Positions 23,594-33,061 are shown, counted from the first letter of the stretch. The stretch: DNA of 64,000 nt from an uncultured Pelagibacteraceae bacterium (GCA_902598265.1 CACKAY010000001.1:77511-141510); one strand, 5' to 3'. Notes: generated by a model from the sequence alone, not told the origin. Numbers and translations are program-made.

Positions 23594-23934
23594 TATTTAA
23601 TTTTTTTAAAATCCTGAAATAAGGTTTCTTTTATAATTTTAAATTCATTATTTAGCATAGTTGACTTAGCAATAACAAGATATGAATAGTGATATTTTAG
23701 AGATATTTCTTTAACAGCATCATTCATAATATTCCTTAGTCTCCTCTTTATTTTGTTTCTCTTTACAGCATTTCCTATCTTCTTCTTAGTTACAAAAGAA
23801 ATATTAAGTTTTTGATTATTTTTTTTATCTATATTACCAAAAAAAATTGTTACATATCTGTTTGATATTTTTTTCTTTTTGAGCAAAGTTTTAAAGTCTT
23901 CATTCTTTGAAAGAGCAACTATTTTGCTTTTCAT
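23593..23934 (-). CDS. rnpA: Ribonuclease P protein component
   Basis: [17 protein letters not shown] (RNR motif). Lies between rpmH and yidD. Confidence 0.93.
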   Translation of the reverse strand: MKSKIVALSKNEDFKTLLKKKKISNRYVTIFFGNIDKKNNQKLNISFVTKKKIGNAVKRNKIKRRLRNIMNDAVKEISLKYHYSYLVIAKSTMLNNEFKIIKETLFQDFKKIK

Positions 23935-23944
23935 TGAGTTGGCT

Positions 23945-24106
23945 TTATTTTCTTCTTCTTTTTACAGTAGAGGATACTGTTAAATTTTTTCTTCCCCTAG
24001 CTCTTCTTCGTTTTAAAAGTTTTCTACCTCCCTTGGTTTTCATTTTCGATCTAAAACCATGGGTTCGGCTTCTTTTTTTCCTAGATGGTTGATATGTTCT
24101 TTTCAT
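23945..24106 (-). CDS. rpmH: 50S ribosomal protein L34, 53 aa (missed by ORF track)
   Basis: Hand translation gives [53 protein letters not shown]. Confidence 0.96.
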   Translation of the reverse strand: MKRTYQPSRKKRSRTHGFRSKMKTKGGRKLLKRRRARGRKNLTVSSTVKRRRK

Positions 24107-24194
24107 AAAAGTGGTTAAATTTATATAAAATTTCGCCCTTTATAATAATTAAATATATAAATAGCAAATAGAAGATTTATAAATACCATGAACC

Positions 24195-24920
24195 ATGATG
24201 GAAAAAGCTCAGAAAACTAAAATAATAATAGGTTTATCATACTTAGTTTTACTTACTATATTTGTGTTATTGTTTTTTTCAAAATTTAGTATCCAAGAAA
24301 TAACTTCTTATGAATTCATTAAGGAAAACAGATTGTATTTTTTAAAATTAAAAAATTCTAATTTGTTTTTAATATCCGTAATTTTTTTAATTTTTACAAT
24401 ATTATGGGTTTTTCCATTTTTAGGTTTTGGTTCTCCAATTGCACTATTAGGAGGATTTATTTTTGGCAAATGGTTAGGTACTATAATTGTGGTCATAGGT
24501 ATGAGTATTGGTGCAACATTTCTTTATATTTTTGGAAACTATTTTTTAAAAGATTTAATTAGAGATAAATTTTTAAATAGATATCAAAATCTAGAGAGAA
24601 AATTTAAAAAGTCTGAATTTTATTATCTTTTAATATATAGATTTATTGGAGGAATACCTTGGCAACTTAGTTGCATATTGCCTACAATTTTTGATGTTAG
24701 GGTAAAAAATTTTTTTTTCGCATCATTAATAGGAATTATACCTCAAATTTTTTTAGCTGTTTCTATAGGTAGTGGTTTGGAAAAAGTAATAGAACAAAAT
24801 TCACAAGTTCCTAAAATTACAGATATAATTTTTTCACCTGAAATATATATCCCAATTTTAGCCTTTTTTAGTTTAGTCTTGATTACAATTTTTCTTAGAA
24901 AGTCTTTTTATAAAAATTAG
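24195..24920 (+). CDS. TVP38/TMEM64 (DedA/VTT) membrane protein
   Basis: Multi-TM protein with GGFIFG, GAT, YRFIGGIP and FFFASLIGIIP. Confidence 0.8.
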   Translation: MMEKAQKTKIIIGLSYLVLLTIFVLLFFSKFSIQEITSYEFIKENRLYFLKLKNSNLFLISVIFLIFTILWVFPFLGFGSPIALLGGFIFGKWLGTIIVVIGMSIGATFLYIFGNYFLKDLIRDKFLNRYQNLERKFKKSEFYYLLIYRFIGGIPWQLSCILPTIFDVRVKNFFFASLIGIIPQIFLAVSIGSGLEKVIEQNSQVPKITDIIFSPEIYIPILAFFSLVLITIFLRKSFYKN

Positions 24921-24994
24921 TGGTGCTCCCACCAAGAATCGAACTTGGAATTTATCCTTACCATGGACACGTTATGCCATTTAACTATAGGAGC
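24921..24994 (-). tRNA. tRNA-Thr(GGT)
   Basis: Reverse complement reads GCTCCTA...TGTCC-ATGGTAA-GGATA...AGTTCGATTC...TGGGAGC-ACCA. Confidence 0.93.
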
Positions 24995-25094
24995 ATTTGG
25001 ATCAATTCTATTTTTATTGATAATAGAGCATTTTTTCCAAATTATTGCCTTAATTTTTTGATTAATATGATTTATATCTTACCAAGGAAATTTT

Positions 25095-25295
25095 ATGGGT
25101 ATTCATTACGATTATAAATCAACCAAAAGTGCCAAGCTTATGGAAAAGCAAGCGAAAAGAGAGAAAAAACTTGCTGAAAAAAAAGCAAAAAGATTAGCAA
25201 AAGAAGGCCCTAAAAAAGATGATAATAAGGATAAAGCTTTAGATGCATCTAAGCCAATAACTTTAGATTTCCTTACCAATCCAAATAAAGAATGA
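25095..25295 (+). CDS. Small Lys-rich hypothetical protein
   Basis: 66 aa, AAGGA upstream, charged helical segment. Starts the dcd-murA run. Confidence 0.7.
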   Translation: MGIHYDYKSTKSAKLMEKQAKREKKLAEKKAKRLAKEGPKKDDNKDKALDASKPITLDFLTNPNKE

Positions 25296-25393
25296 TTACT
25301 AAAAATAAAAATGAGCGCCTAAGCATTGCGCTTAGGAAAAATTTAAAAAAGAGAAAAATTTTTCAAAAAAAAAATAAAAAGAAAACAAAATAA
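25292..25393 (+). CDS. Small basic protein, 33 aa (missed by ORF track)
   Basis: [37 protein letters not shown] overlap upstream and TAATG overlap with dcd indicate translational coupling. Confidence 0.6.
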   Translation: MITKNKNERLSIALRKNLKKRKIFQKKNKKKTK

Positions 25394-25953
25394 TGTCCAT
25401 TCAGCCAGATTCTTGGATAAAAAAAATGTGTAAAGAGCATAAGATGATCGAACCATTTTTGGATCATCAAGTCTCTGAAGGGAAAATATCATATGGACTA
25501 AGTAGCATGGGTTACGATGTCAGAATTTCTGATGAGTATAGAATATTTACAAATGTTAATAGTTCGCTAGTGGATCCAAAAAACTTTTCTGATGAAAACT
25601 TTATTGAGCGAAAGGGGCCATATTGTATAATTCCACCAAATTCATTTGTTCTGGCAAAGACCATTGAATATTTTAGAATTCCAAAAGATGTTCTTTGTAT
25701 TTGTGTTGGAAAAAGTACTTATGCGAGAACAGGTATTATTTGTAATGTAACACCAATTGAAAATGAATTTGAAGGTAATATTGTTATCGAATTAAGTAAC
25801 ACAACTCCTAATCCAGCAAAGATTTATTCAAACGAGGGTATTGCTCAATTTTTATTTTTTAAATCAGATACCCAGCCAGAAACGACATATAAATCAAAAA
25901 ATGGTAAATATCAGGGACAAACCACCATACAGGTTGCTAAAATAAAAAAGTAA
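25393..25953 (+). CDS. dcd: dCTP deaminase
   Basis: [31 protein letters not shown]. Confidence 0.95.
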   Translation: MSIQPDSWIKKMCKEHKMIEPFLDHQVSEGKISYGLSSMGYDVRISDEYRIFTNVNSSLVDPKNFSDENFIERKGPYCIIPPNSFVLAKTIEYFRIPKDVLCICVGKSTYARTGIICNVTPIENEFEGNIVIELSNTTPNPAKIYSNEGIAQFLFFKSDTQPETTYKSKNGKYQGQTTIQVAKIKK

Positions 25954-25956
25954 TTT

Positions 25957-27216
25957 ATGGATAAATTTCTGATCATTGGTCCTTGTAAAATCAAGGGTAA
26001 AGTCTCGATTTCAGGTTCTAAAAATGCATCTCTACCAATTCTTGCAGCAACTTTATTATTTGACAAACCAGTAACTATTAAAAATTTACCTAGAGTAAGA
26101 GATATAGATACTATGCTTAATTTATTAAAATCTCTTGGATCAAAAATAATTTTATCTAAAGACAGAAAAACTGCAAAAATTATTAATAAAAAGAATATGA
26201 AAACTTTTGCAAGTTATTCACTTGTAAAAACAATGAGAGGTTCAATATTGGTGTTAGGTCCATTAATTTCTAAATTTCATAAATCTAAAACATCTTTGCC
26301 TGGTGGATGTCTTATAGGTGCGAGACCTGTAAATTATCATCTTAGTGCATTAAAGAAGTTGGGAATGGAATATAAAATACGAGATGGTTATATTTTAGCG
26401 AAATCAAATGGAAGACTTAAAGGCAAAAAAATAAATTTTCCCAAAATTAGTGTAGGCGCTACAGAAAATTCTATAATAGCTGCATGTTTAGCAAGAGGCA
26501 AAACAATTTTAAAAAATTGTGCCGTGGAACCTGAAATTAAAGATTTAACAAAATTCTTAAGTCAAGCAGGTGCAAATATAAAATGGTCTGGAAGAACCTG
26601 CACCATCATAGGCGTAAATTCTCTCAATCAAACAAGTCATACAGTTATGGCTGATAGAATAGAGGCGGGAACTTTTTGTGTAGCGGCAACGCTTGCTAAA
26701 GGTAATCTACAAATTAAAAATTTAGACCCAAAAATAATTAATACTGAAATAGAACTATTAAAAAAAGTTGGGGCAAAGATTAAAACTTCGGATAACAAAA
26801 TTTTTATAAAAGGACCTGACAAAATCAAACCTATTCAAAATATAAAAACTAAAGAGTTCCCAGGTATTCCAACAGATCTTCAAGCTCAATTAATGGTATT
26901 AATGTGCAAGAGCGTTGGGAAAAGTTCTATAACTGAAAGTATTTTTGAGAATAGATTTATGCATGTTGCTGAGTTGCAAAGACTAGGCGCGAAAATAAAT
27001 ATTCAAAACAATAAAGCATTGATTGAGGGCAATACCAAATTTATTGGTGCTGAATTAATGTCTAGTGACTTAAGAGCCAGTGTTGCTTTAGTATTAGCCG
27101 CAATAGTGGCGAATGGTAAAAGTATTGTTGGAAGAGTCTATCACTTGGAGAGAGGATATGAAAATATTGAAAATAAATTACAAAAAATTGGTGTTAAAAT
27201 TAAAAGATTGAAATAA
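25957..27216 (+). CDS. murA: UDP-N-acetylglucosamine 1-carboxyvinyltransferase
   Basis: SGSKNASLP, LPGGCLIGARP, SVGATEN, DRIEAGT, FENRFMH, LERGYE. Confidence 0.97.
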   Translation: MDKFLIIGPCKIKGKVSISGSKNASLPILAATLLFDKPVTIKNLPRVRDIDTMLNLLKSLGSKIILSKDRKTAKIINKKNMKTFASYSLVKTMRGSILVLGPLISKFHKSKTSLPGGCLIGARPVNYHLSALKKLGMEYKIRDGYILAKSNGRLKGKKINFPKISVGATENSIIAACLARGKTILKNCAVEPEIKDLTKFLSQAGANIKWSGRTCTIIGVNSLNQTSHTVMADRIEAGTFCVAATLAKGNLQIKNLDPKIINTEIELLKKVGAKIKTSDNKIFIKGPDKIKPIQNIKTKEFPGIPTDLQAQLMVLMCKSVGKSSITESIFENRFMHVAELQRLGAKINIQNNKALIEGNTKFIGAELMSSDLRASVALVLAAIVANGKSIVGRVYHLERGYENIENKLQKIGVKIKRLK

Positions 27217-27608
27217 TGAGTAAATATTTAGCAAAAATAATTGCAAATGATCAAGAGGGGCTACAAATGATTTCTGCTTGTAGTTCTGGTGCAAAAGTTA
27301 AAGTGACAGATATAAAATATCTGGCATCTAATAAGGTTTTTTTGTTATCAATTGAAAGAACTAAAATTGAAACTGATCAAGAGGGTAAGAAAATCAATAG
27401 TATCTGTCGATTTGATTTTGTTGATAAAGTAAGATCAAAAAATATCAATCAATCAAATAAAGATTTAGTTTTAGAGTTAATTGGAATTGATTATTTGAAA
27501 AATAATGATGATTATGAAATAAATCTTATTTTTAATAATAATGCCCACATAGCTTTGACAACAGAAACTATCGAAGCGCGGCTTGAGGATCAAAACGAAA
27601 TTAAATAA
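27216..27608 (+). CDS. DUF2948-like protein
   Basis: A.D...L..ISA and L.D motifs. Conserved position between murA and hisD. Confidence 0.7.
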   Translation: MSKYLAKIIANDQEGLQMISACSSGAKVKVTDIKYLASNKVFLLSIERTKIETDQEGKKINSICRFDFVDKVRSKNINQSNKDLVLELIGIDYLKNNDDYEINLIFNNNAHIALTTETIEARLEDQNEIK

Positions 27609-27610
27609 TT

Positions 27611-28894
27611 ATGAAAATATTAAATAGTAAAACTAAAAATTTCGATAAAAATTTGGATTATTTACTTTTTAAAAGGAGAAAAAGCATCAAATCTGACAAA
27701 GTCCCTGTAACCAATATTATTAACGACGTAAAAAAGAATGGTGATAAAGCATTGATTAAATATGAAAAGAAATTTAATCGAAATACCACAATCATTCCTA
27801 GTGCCAAAAAAATTACTAAGTTAATAAAATCTTTAAACCCTAAAGTTAAGAAAGCAATCGACACAGCCTATAATCGAATTTACAAATTTCATTCTTTACA
27901 AAAATTTAAGAATATTTCGTATACAGATAAATTTAAAAACAAACTTGAATATAAATATTTACCATTAGAATCTGTTGCAATTTATGTTCCAGGTTCACTT
28001 GTATCTTATCCATCAAGTGTACTTATGAATGCTATACCAGCAATTGTTGCGGGAGTTAAAAGAATTGTAATGATAAACCCAGGTTTCAAGGGAAACCAAA
28101 ATCCGGCTGTTTTATACGCAGCGAGAAAATGTAAAATTAAAGAAATTTACTCTATTGGTGGTCCATCTGCTATAGCAGCTGTCTCTTATGGAACTAAAAA
28201 AATTAAAAGAGTTGATAAAATAGTTGGACCTGGGAATTCATATGTAGCAGCGGCAAAAAAAGAAGTTTTTGGAGATGTTGGAATCGAAGGTATGACTGCA
28301 GGTCCTTCTGAAATAACTATCGTCTGTGATAAATTCTCAAATCCTGAATGGGCTGCAAGTGATTTAATCGGTCAAGCAGAACATGATCCTCAAGCACAAT
28401 GTATATTAATTTCAAAAGACAAAAAACTAATTAGTAAAGTCCAGATGGAAATTTTAAAACAATTAAAAAGTATTCCAAGAGAGTCTGTGGCAAAAAAAAG
28501 TTTAAAGAGAAATGGAATTTTAATGTATGTAGCAAATGATAGTAAAATAATTAATATCGTAAATAAAATTGCACCTGAACACTTGGAATTGAATGTAAAA
28601 AACTACAAATCTTTGATACCAAAAATTAAGAATTCTGGTTCAATATGCTTAGGAAAATATGCAGTTATGGCAATGACAGATTATAACATTGGATCAAATC
28701 ATATATTGCCAACTAATGGGTCAGCAAAATATTCTAGTGGTATCAGCGTCAATGAATTTTATAAAAGAATTTCTTACATAAACTTATCAAAAAAGGGTAT
28801 TGAAAGTCTTGGGCCATCAGTTATAACTCTTGCAAATTACGAAGGGTTAGCAGGACATGCTCAATCTGTAAAAAAAAGAATAAGGAGAAAATAA
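27611..28894 (+). CDS. hisD: Histidinol dehydrogenase
   Basis: [45 protein letters not shown]. Confidence 0.96.
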   Translation: MKILNSKTKNFDKNLDYLLFKRRKSIKSDKVPVTNIINDVKKNGDKALIKYEKKFNRNTTIIPSAKKITKLIKSLNPKVKKAIDTAYNRIYKFHSLQKFKNISYTDKFKNKLEYKYLPLESVAIYVPGSLVSYPSSVLMNAIPAIVAGVKRIVMINPGFKGNQNPAVLYAARKCKIKEIYSIGGPSAIAAVSYGTKKIKRVDKIVGPGNSYVAAAKKEVFGDVGIEGMTAGPSEITIVCDKFSNPEWAASDLIGQAEHDPQAQCILISKDKKLISKVQMEILKQLKSIPRESVAKKSLKRNGILMYVANDSKIINIVNKIAPEHLELNVKNYKSLIPKIKNSGSICLGKYAVMAMTDYNIGSNHILPTNGSAKYSSGISVNEFYKRISYINLSKKGIESLGPSVITLANYEGLAGHAQSVKKRIRRK

Positions 28895-28896
28895 AT

Positions 28897-29112
28897 TTGT
28901 CAAAACAAGACTTACTTGAATTCAAAGGCAAGGTAACTGATTTACTTCCAAATGCTATGTTTAGAGTTCAGCTTGAAAATGGTCATGTTGTAACAGCTCA
29001 TACAGCGGGCAAATTAAGAAAAAACAGAATTAGAGTATTACAAGGTGATAATGTGACAGTCGAAATGACACCATATGACCTCACAAAAGGCAGAATAATC
29101 TTTAGGGGTTGA
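28897..29112 (+). CDS. infA: Translation initiation factor IF-1
   Basis: [36 protein letters not shown] start with AGGAG upstream. Confidence 0.97.
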   Translation: MSKQDLLEFKGKVTDLLPNAMFRVQLENGHVVTAHTAGKLRKNRIRVLQGDNVTVEMTPYDLTKGRIIFRG

Positions 29113-29118
29113 CCTTTT

Positions 29119-29193
29119 GCCTCGGTAGCTCAGGAGTAGAGCAGAGCCCTGAAAAGGCTTGTGTCGGAGGTGCGAATCCTTCCCGAGGCACCA
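29119..29193 (+). tRNA. tRNA-Phe(GAA)
   Basis: GCCTCGG/CCGAGGC acceptor, GAGCC-CTGAAAA-GGCTT anticodon arm, encoded CCA. T-loop is TGCGAAT (G55). Confidence 0.93.
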
Positions 29194-29268
29194 TCAAAAT
29201 ATCTTGAAATTAATTTAAAAGAACCTAACCTCATATCAAAATAAATAACTAAAGGACGAGTGAATAAG

Positions 29269-29481
29269 ATGAGTACAATACAAGGAAAAGTAAAGTGGTT
29301 TAACGGCAAAAAAGGTTACGGCTTTATAGAAAGAGACGATAAAGAAAAAGATGCGTTTGTACATGCAAGCGCAGTTAAAGCAGCGGGCATGAGATATCTT
29401 AATGAGGGTGATAAAATAGAATTCACTCTTGAAGATGGTCCCAAAGGCCCTTCAGCAGTAAATTTAAAAAAATTAGACTAA
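29269..29481 (+). CDS. cspA: Cold-shock protein
   Basis: GKVKWFN, KGYGFI (RNP1), AFVH (RNP2), GPKGPSA. Alternative GTG start at 29260. Confidence 0.93.
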   Translation: MSTIQGKVKWFNGKKGYGFIERDDKEKDAFVHASAVKAAGMRYLNEGDKIEFTLEDGPKGPSAVNLKKLD

Positions 29482-29495
29482 TTTTCTAAAATTAT

Positions 29496-29540
29496 AAAAA
29501 GGGCGATATATCTACTAGTAGATATACGTCCTTTTTCTTT
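29496..29540 (+). terminator. Intrinsic terminator after cspA, possibly bidirectional
   Basis: AAAAAGGGCG-A-TATATCTA-CTAG-TAGATATA-CGTCCTTTTT hairpin followed by a T-tract. Confidence 0.85.
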
Positions 29541-29581
29541 TAGGGGTTGCATTATCGTTTTTTTTGTCTAAAAAGCTTTCA

Positions 29582-29683
29582 ATGAAAAAATTTGAGATAA
29601 ACAAATTAGCATCAAAATGTACTTTAAGAAAAGCTCTTAAAGGAACTAGTAGAGTTGCACACACACACTTCCATGCTGGCTAA
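29582..29683 (+). CDS. Putative histidine leader peptide, 33 aa
   Basis: MKKFEINKLASKCTLRKALKGTSRVAHTHFHAG*. Its only three His codons are clustered just before the stop, upstream of tRNA-His/hisS/hisZ/hisG. Confidence 0.6.
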   Translation: MKKFEINKLASKCTLRKALKGTSRVAHTHFHAG

Positions 29684-29752
29684 AGCTAGCGAATAATCAT
29701 TTATATTATAATTTTAAATAACAACAAAATAAGATAAAACAAAAAAGGATAT

Positions 29753-29826
29753 GCCTTGATGGTGAAATAGTATCACGTCGGTTTGTGGATCCGAAGTCGT
29801 AGGAGCGTAACCTACTCAAGGTACCA
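29753..29826 (+). tRNA. tRNA-His(GTG), non-canonical (no G-1, A73, atypical T-loop)
   Basis: GCCTTGA/TCAAGGT acceptor plus A-CCA. D arm GTGA/TCAC. Anticodon arm TCGG-T-TTGTGGA-T-CCGA. T arm GTAGG-AGCGTAA-CCTAC. Confidence 0.88.
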
Positions 29827-29830
29827 AAAA

Positions 29831-31228
29831 ATGAGTGAAAAAAATAAATTAATTCCTGGATTACCTTCAGGTTTTGAAGATAGATGGAATAAAACATTAA
29901 TTCTCAAAAAAAGACTATTAAAAGTCATTGAGAATAATTTTATTAGATATGGTTTCGATCCTTTAGAAACCCCATCATTTGAAATTGCAGAAAATATAGG
30001 ATCCTTTCTTGCAGAGGATGATAATAATCCTATGTCTGATGTTTTTTCTTTTAATGATGGTGAAAAGAATATTACTCTTCGATACGATCTTTCCAGTCCT
30101 TTAGCAAGATTTGTTGCTCAAAATAATCAAGAACTTCCATCAATTTATAAAAGATACGCCATTCAAAATGTATTTAGAAATGAAAAGTCAGGCAATGCAC
30201 GTTTCAGAGAATTTACTCAAGCTGATTGCGATATTGTAGGCAATGTAAATCCAGCACAAGCAAATGCTGAATTATGTAATCTGGTTGCAAGTACTCTAAT
30301 TGAATGTGGTTTAAAAAAAGATCAATTTACAATTAATGTAAGTAATAGAAAGATTATTCAAGGTTTAATTCAAGATCTGAAAATTCCTGCAAATAAAGAG
30401 ATCAAGGTGATGAGAGCAATTGATAAGTTGGACAAACCAGATTTTGGAATAAAAGGAGTTGAAGATCTACTAAAAAAAGAGAGAAAAGATAAAAGTGGTG
30501 CGATAACTAAAGGAGCTGATCTAAATGATGATCAAGTTTCAAAAATTTTAAACTTTTTAAAAATTAAAGATTTAAAAAAACTCAAACAAGATTTTAAAAA
30601 TCCTATTACCCAAGAAGGGATTAAAGAGCTTGAGGATTTATTTGATGTGCTAGATTTTGGAAATTATTCTGAGTTAGTCAAAACAAGTTTCACAATAGTT
30701 AGAGGATTAGCGTATTATGATGGCTTTTGTATTGAGACCAATCTAAATTTTAAAACAACAAATAATAAAGGTAAAGAAATTGATATTGGTAGTGTATGCT
30801 CTGGTGGACAATACAATAAGTTAATTTCAAGATTTAAAGGTGTCGATATACCTGGAACAGGTGTCAGTATTGGTGTGGATAGACTTTTGTTTGCTATGTC
30901 TCAAATAAATCAAGTCCAATTAGACGATCAAAAACCAGTCATTGTTTGCGTAATGGATGAAAAATATTTAAAAAATTATTACGAAATTTTAGATATCTTG
31001 AGAAGAAATAATATTAATTCAGAAATTTTTTTAGATAGTAAGAAAAATCTCGGTAAACAACTGACATATGCAAATAAAAGAGGGTGCCCGATTGCAGTTA
31101 TTTGTGGAGAGAATGAATTTAAAGATAGTAAAATTACACTTAAGAACCTACTAGGTATTAAGGGGGAAGATAATCAAATCACCTTTTCAAAAGAAAATTT
31201 AGTAAATGAAATCAAAAAATTTATCTGA
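29831..31228 (+). CDS. hisS: Histidine--tRNA ligase
   Basis: LRYDL, FRNEK...RFREFTQAD, VRGLAYYDG, GGQY, GVSIGVDRL. True start is ATG 29831, since the ORF-track start lies inside the tRNA. Confidence 0.95.
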   Translation: MSEKNKLIPGLPSGFEDRWNKTLILKKRLLKVIENNFIRYGFDPLETPSFEIAENIGSFLAEDDNNPMSDVFSFNDGEKNITLRYDLSSPLARFVAQNNQELPSIYKRYAIQNVFRNEKSGNARFREFTQADCDIVGNVNPAQANAELCNLVASTLIECGLKKDQFTINVSNRKIIQGLIQDLKIPANKEIKVMRAIDKLDKPDFGIKGVEDLLKKERKDKSGAITKGADLNDDQVSKILNFLKIKDLKKLKQDFKNPITQEGIKELEDLFDVLDFGNYSELVKTSFTIVRGLAYYDGFCIETNLNFKTTNNKGKEIDIGSVCSGGQYNKLISRFKGVDIPGTGVSIGVDRLLFAMSQINQVQLDDQKPVIVCVMDEKYLKNYYEILDILRRNNINSEIFLDSKKNLGKQLTYANKRGCPIAVICGENEFKDSKITLKNLLGIKGEDNQITFSKENLVNEIKKFI

Positions 31229-32258
31229 CAGCATACTTAAAACTGTTAAATCAAATGGTTTTAAATATATTGAATTACCCTCAGTAATTGAGGCTAACCA
31301 TATCGTACAAAGATCTGGTGAAAGTTTTCGAAAATTTATTTTCTCATTTACTGATCAAGGAGGAAATGAACTATGTTTAAGACCAGATCTAACAATTGTA
31401 TCTTGTCTAAGATACTTAGAAAATAATCTAAAGGGCAAGGAGAAGATATTTTATAATGGTCAAGCATATCGTAAATCTGAAAACAAAAAGGACTCCATTG
31501 TAAGAAATCAAGTTGGTTTTGAAATCATAGGGTCACGAAATGAGAAAAATGATGATAAGGAAATAATAAATACATCATTAAAATCTTTAAAAAATTTTAA
31601 TTATTCATCAGGCGAGATCACAATTGGGAATGTAGAAATATTCAATCTTCTTATATCTAAATTAGATATCCCCAAACGATGGAAATTAAGACTTTCAAGA
31701 CATTTTTGGAGAGAAGATTATTTTAATGATCTTCTCAAAAGATTAGAGACTAATTCAGATGTTGATCCAACAATAGTTGAGATCGATAAAAAAAGATATT
31801 TTAGAATGTTAAAAGATGATCAATCAACCATTATAGCAAATAGAACAATTAACGAAATTTTAAGCAGATTTGACAAAAAGATTAAAGATCCAAGGAGACC
31901 TAGCAAAGGAAGAAGTATTTCAAAAATTATTAAGGAATTTTTGAAAATTAAATGTCCAATTAATAATGCAGCCAAGGTATTAAATAAGTTTTTCAAGAAA
32001 TATAAAATTAATTTATTGGTAGATCAGAGATATTTTCCAATCTCAAAAAATAAAATTAATAAATTAAATGTGACTTTTTCAGCTGCTTTTGGCAGACAGC
32101 TTGAATATTACACGGGTATGGTTTTTAAAATAGATATTAAGTCCAAATCAAAAATTATTAATTGTTGCAATGGCGGCCGATATGACAAATTGATTTCCGA
32201 CCTTGGTTCAAAAAAACAAACTCCAGCAGTTGGTGCTGCTTTAAATTTAGTTAATTAA
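31206..32258 (+). CDS. hisZ: ATP phosphoribosyltransferase regulatory subunit
   Basis: LCLRPDLT, QVGFE, LEYYTG, GGRYD, PAVGAA. Between hisS and a short hisG. Confidence 0.92.
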   Translation: MKSKNLSDSILKTVKSNGFKYIELPSVIEANHIVQRSGESFRKFIFSFTDQGGNELCLRPDLTIVSCLRYLENNLKGKEKIFYNGQAYRKSENKKDSIVRNQVGFEIIGSRNEKNDDKEIINTSLKSLKNFNYSSGEITIGNVEIFNLLISKLDIPKRWKLRLSRHFWREDYFNDLLKRLETNSDVDPTIVEIDKKRYFRMLKDDQSTIIANRTINEILSRFDKKIKDPRRPSKGRSISKIIKEFLKIKCPINNAAKVLNKFFKKYKINLLVDQRYFPISKNKINKLNVTFSAAFGRQLEYYTGMVFKIDIKSKSKIINCCNGGRYDKLISDLGSKKQTPAVGAALNLVN

Positions 32259-32944
32259 TGGATAATTTAATCAATATAGGTATTCCAAGCAAAGGTCGAC
32301 TTAGAGTAGATGTTTTAAAAATCTTTAAGAAAAAAAAATTGAAAATTATATCTGAAAGAGGAGAAAGAGATTTAATTGGATCAATTAAAAATAAACCATA
32401 TGCTAAGATTTTATATCTTCATGCTAGAGAAATTATTGAAAGGTTAGGGGAGAGCTCTTTAGATGTTGGTTTTTCTGGTTTTGATTTATTGAAAGAAAGC
32501 GGCGTAAATGTCCAAAATAAAATAAATGTGGTCAAAAAACTTAGTTTTGGAAGAGCAAATTTAGTAGTAGCAATTCCAGATCCTTGGATTGATGTTCAGA
32601 CTATCGCTGATCTTGAGGAAATTGCTTTTGAATTCAGAGATATTAAGAAAAAAAGAATTAGGGTTGCAACTAAATATCCAAATTTAACACAAGATTTTTT
32701 GTTCTCAAAAGGTGTTACACAATTTAGATTAGTCAAAAGTTTAGGAGCTACCGAGGCCTATCCTTTTACTGGATCTGCCGAGTTGATTACTGACATTACA
32801 TCCACAGGTGAGACTTTAAAAGCAAATAATCTACGTATCTTAAAGGATGGTGAAATTTTAAAATCTGAAGCTTGTCTTTTAACTTCAAAAAAAAATGTAA
32901 AGAAAAAGCGATTAAACAATTTAATTAAATTACTTTCCAAGTAA
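32258..32944 (+). CDS. hisG: ATP phosphoribosyltransferase, short form
   Basis: PSKGRL, RVATKYP, SLGATE, DITSTGETLKANNL. Confidence 0.95.
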   Translation: MDNLINIGIPSKGRLRVDVLKIFKKKKLKIISERGERDLIGSIKNKPYAKILYLHAREIIERLGESSLDVGFSGFDLLKESGVNVQNKINVVKKLSFGRANLVVAIPDPWIDVQTIADLEEIAFEFRDIKKKRIRVATKYPNLTQDFLFSKGVTQFRLVKSLGATEAYPFTGSAELITDITSTGETLKANNLRILKDGEILKSEACLLTSKKNVKKKRLNNLIKLLSK

Positions 32945-33061
32945 TTTATCTTTAAAGTAAATTAAAATAATCTTTATTATATCTAAATTTCTAATTATCG
33001 CATATAGAGCGATCATCACTCCAATAACAAACAATATTTTTAAAACCAAAAAAAAATCCAT
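32930..33061 (-). CDS. Putative small membrane protein, 43 aa (missed by ORF track)
   Basis: MDFFLVLKILFVIGVMIALYAIIRNLDIIKIILIYFKDKLLGK. Fills the hisG-rmuC gap and is divergent from rmuC. Confidence 0.45.
   Translation of the reverse strand: MDFFLVLKILFVIGVMIALYAIIRNLDIIKIILIYFKDKLLGK

Noticed and set aside
23907-24092. 61-aa plus-strand ORF
   Set aside because: It is antisense to rpmH and rnpA.
24920-25117. 65-aa plus-strand ORF MVLPPRIELG...
   Set aside because: It is the antisense reading of tRNA-Thr.
29658-29668. (CA)n run as a phase-variable microsatellite
   Set aside because: It is short and better explained by the Ala-His-Thr-His codons of the leader peptide.
29706-29897. 63-aa minus-strand ORF, and the extended hisS start at 29783
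   Set aside because: Both overlap the tRNA-His gene. hisS most plausibly starts at ATG 29831.
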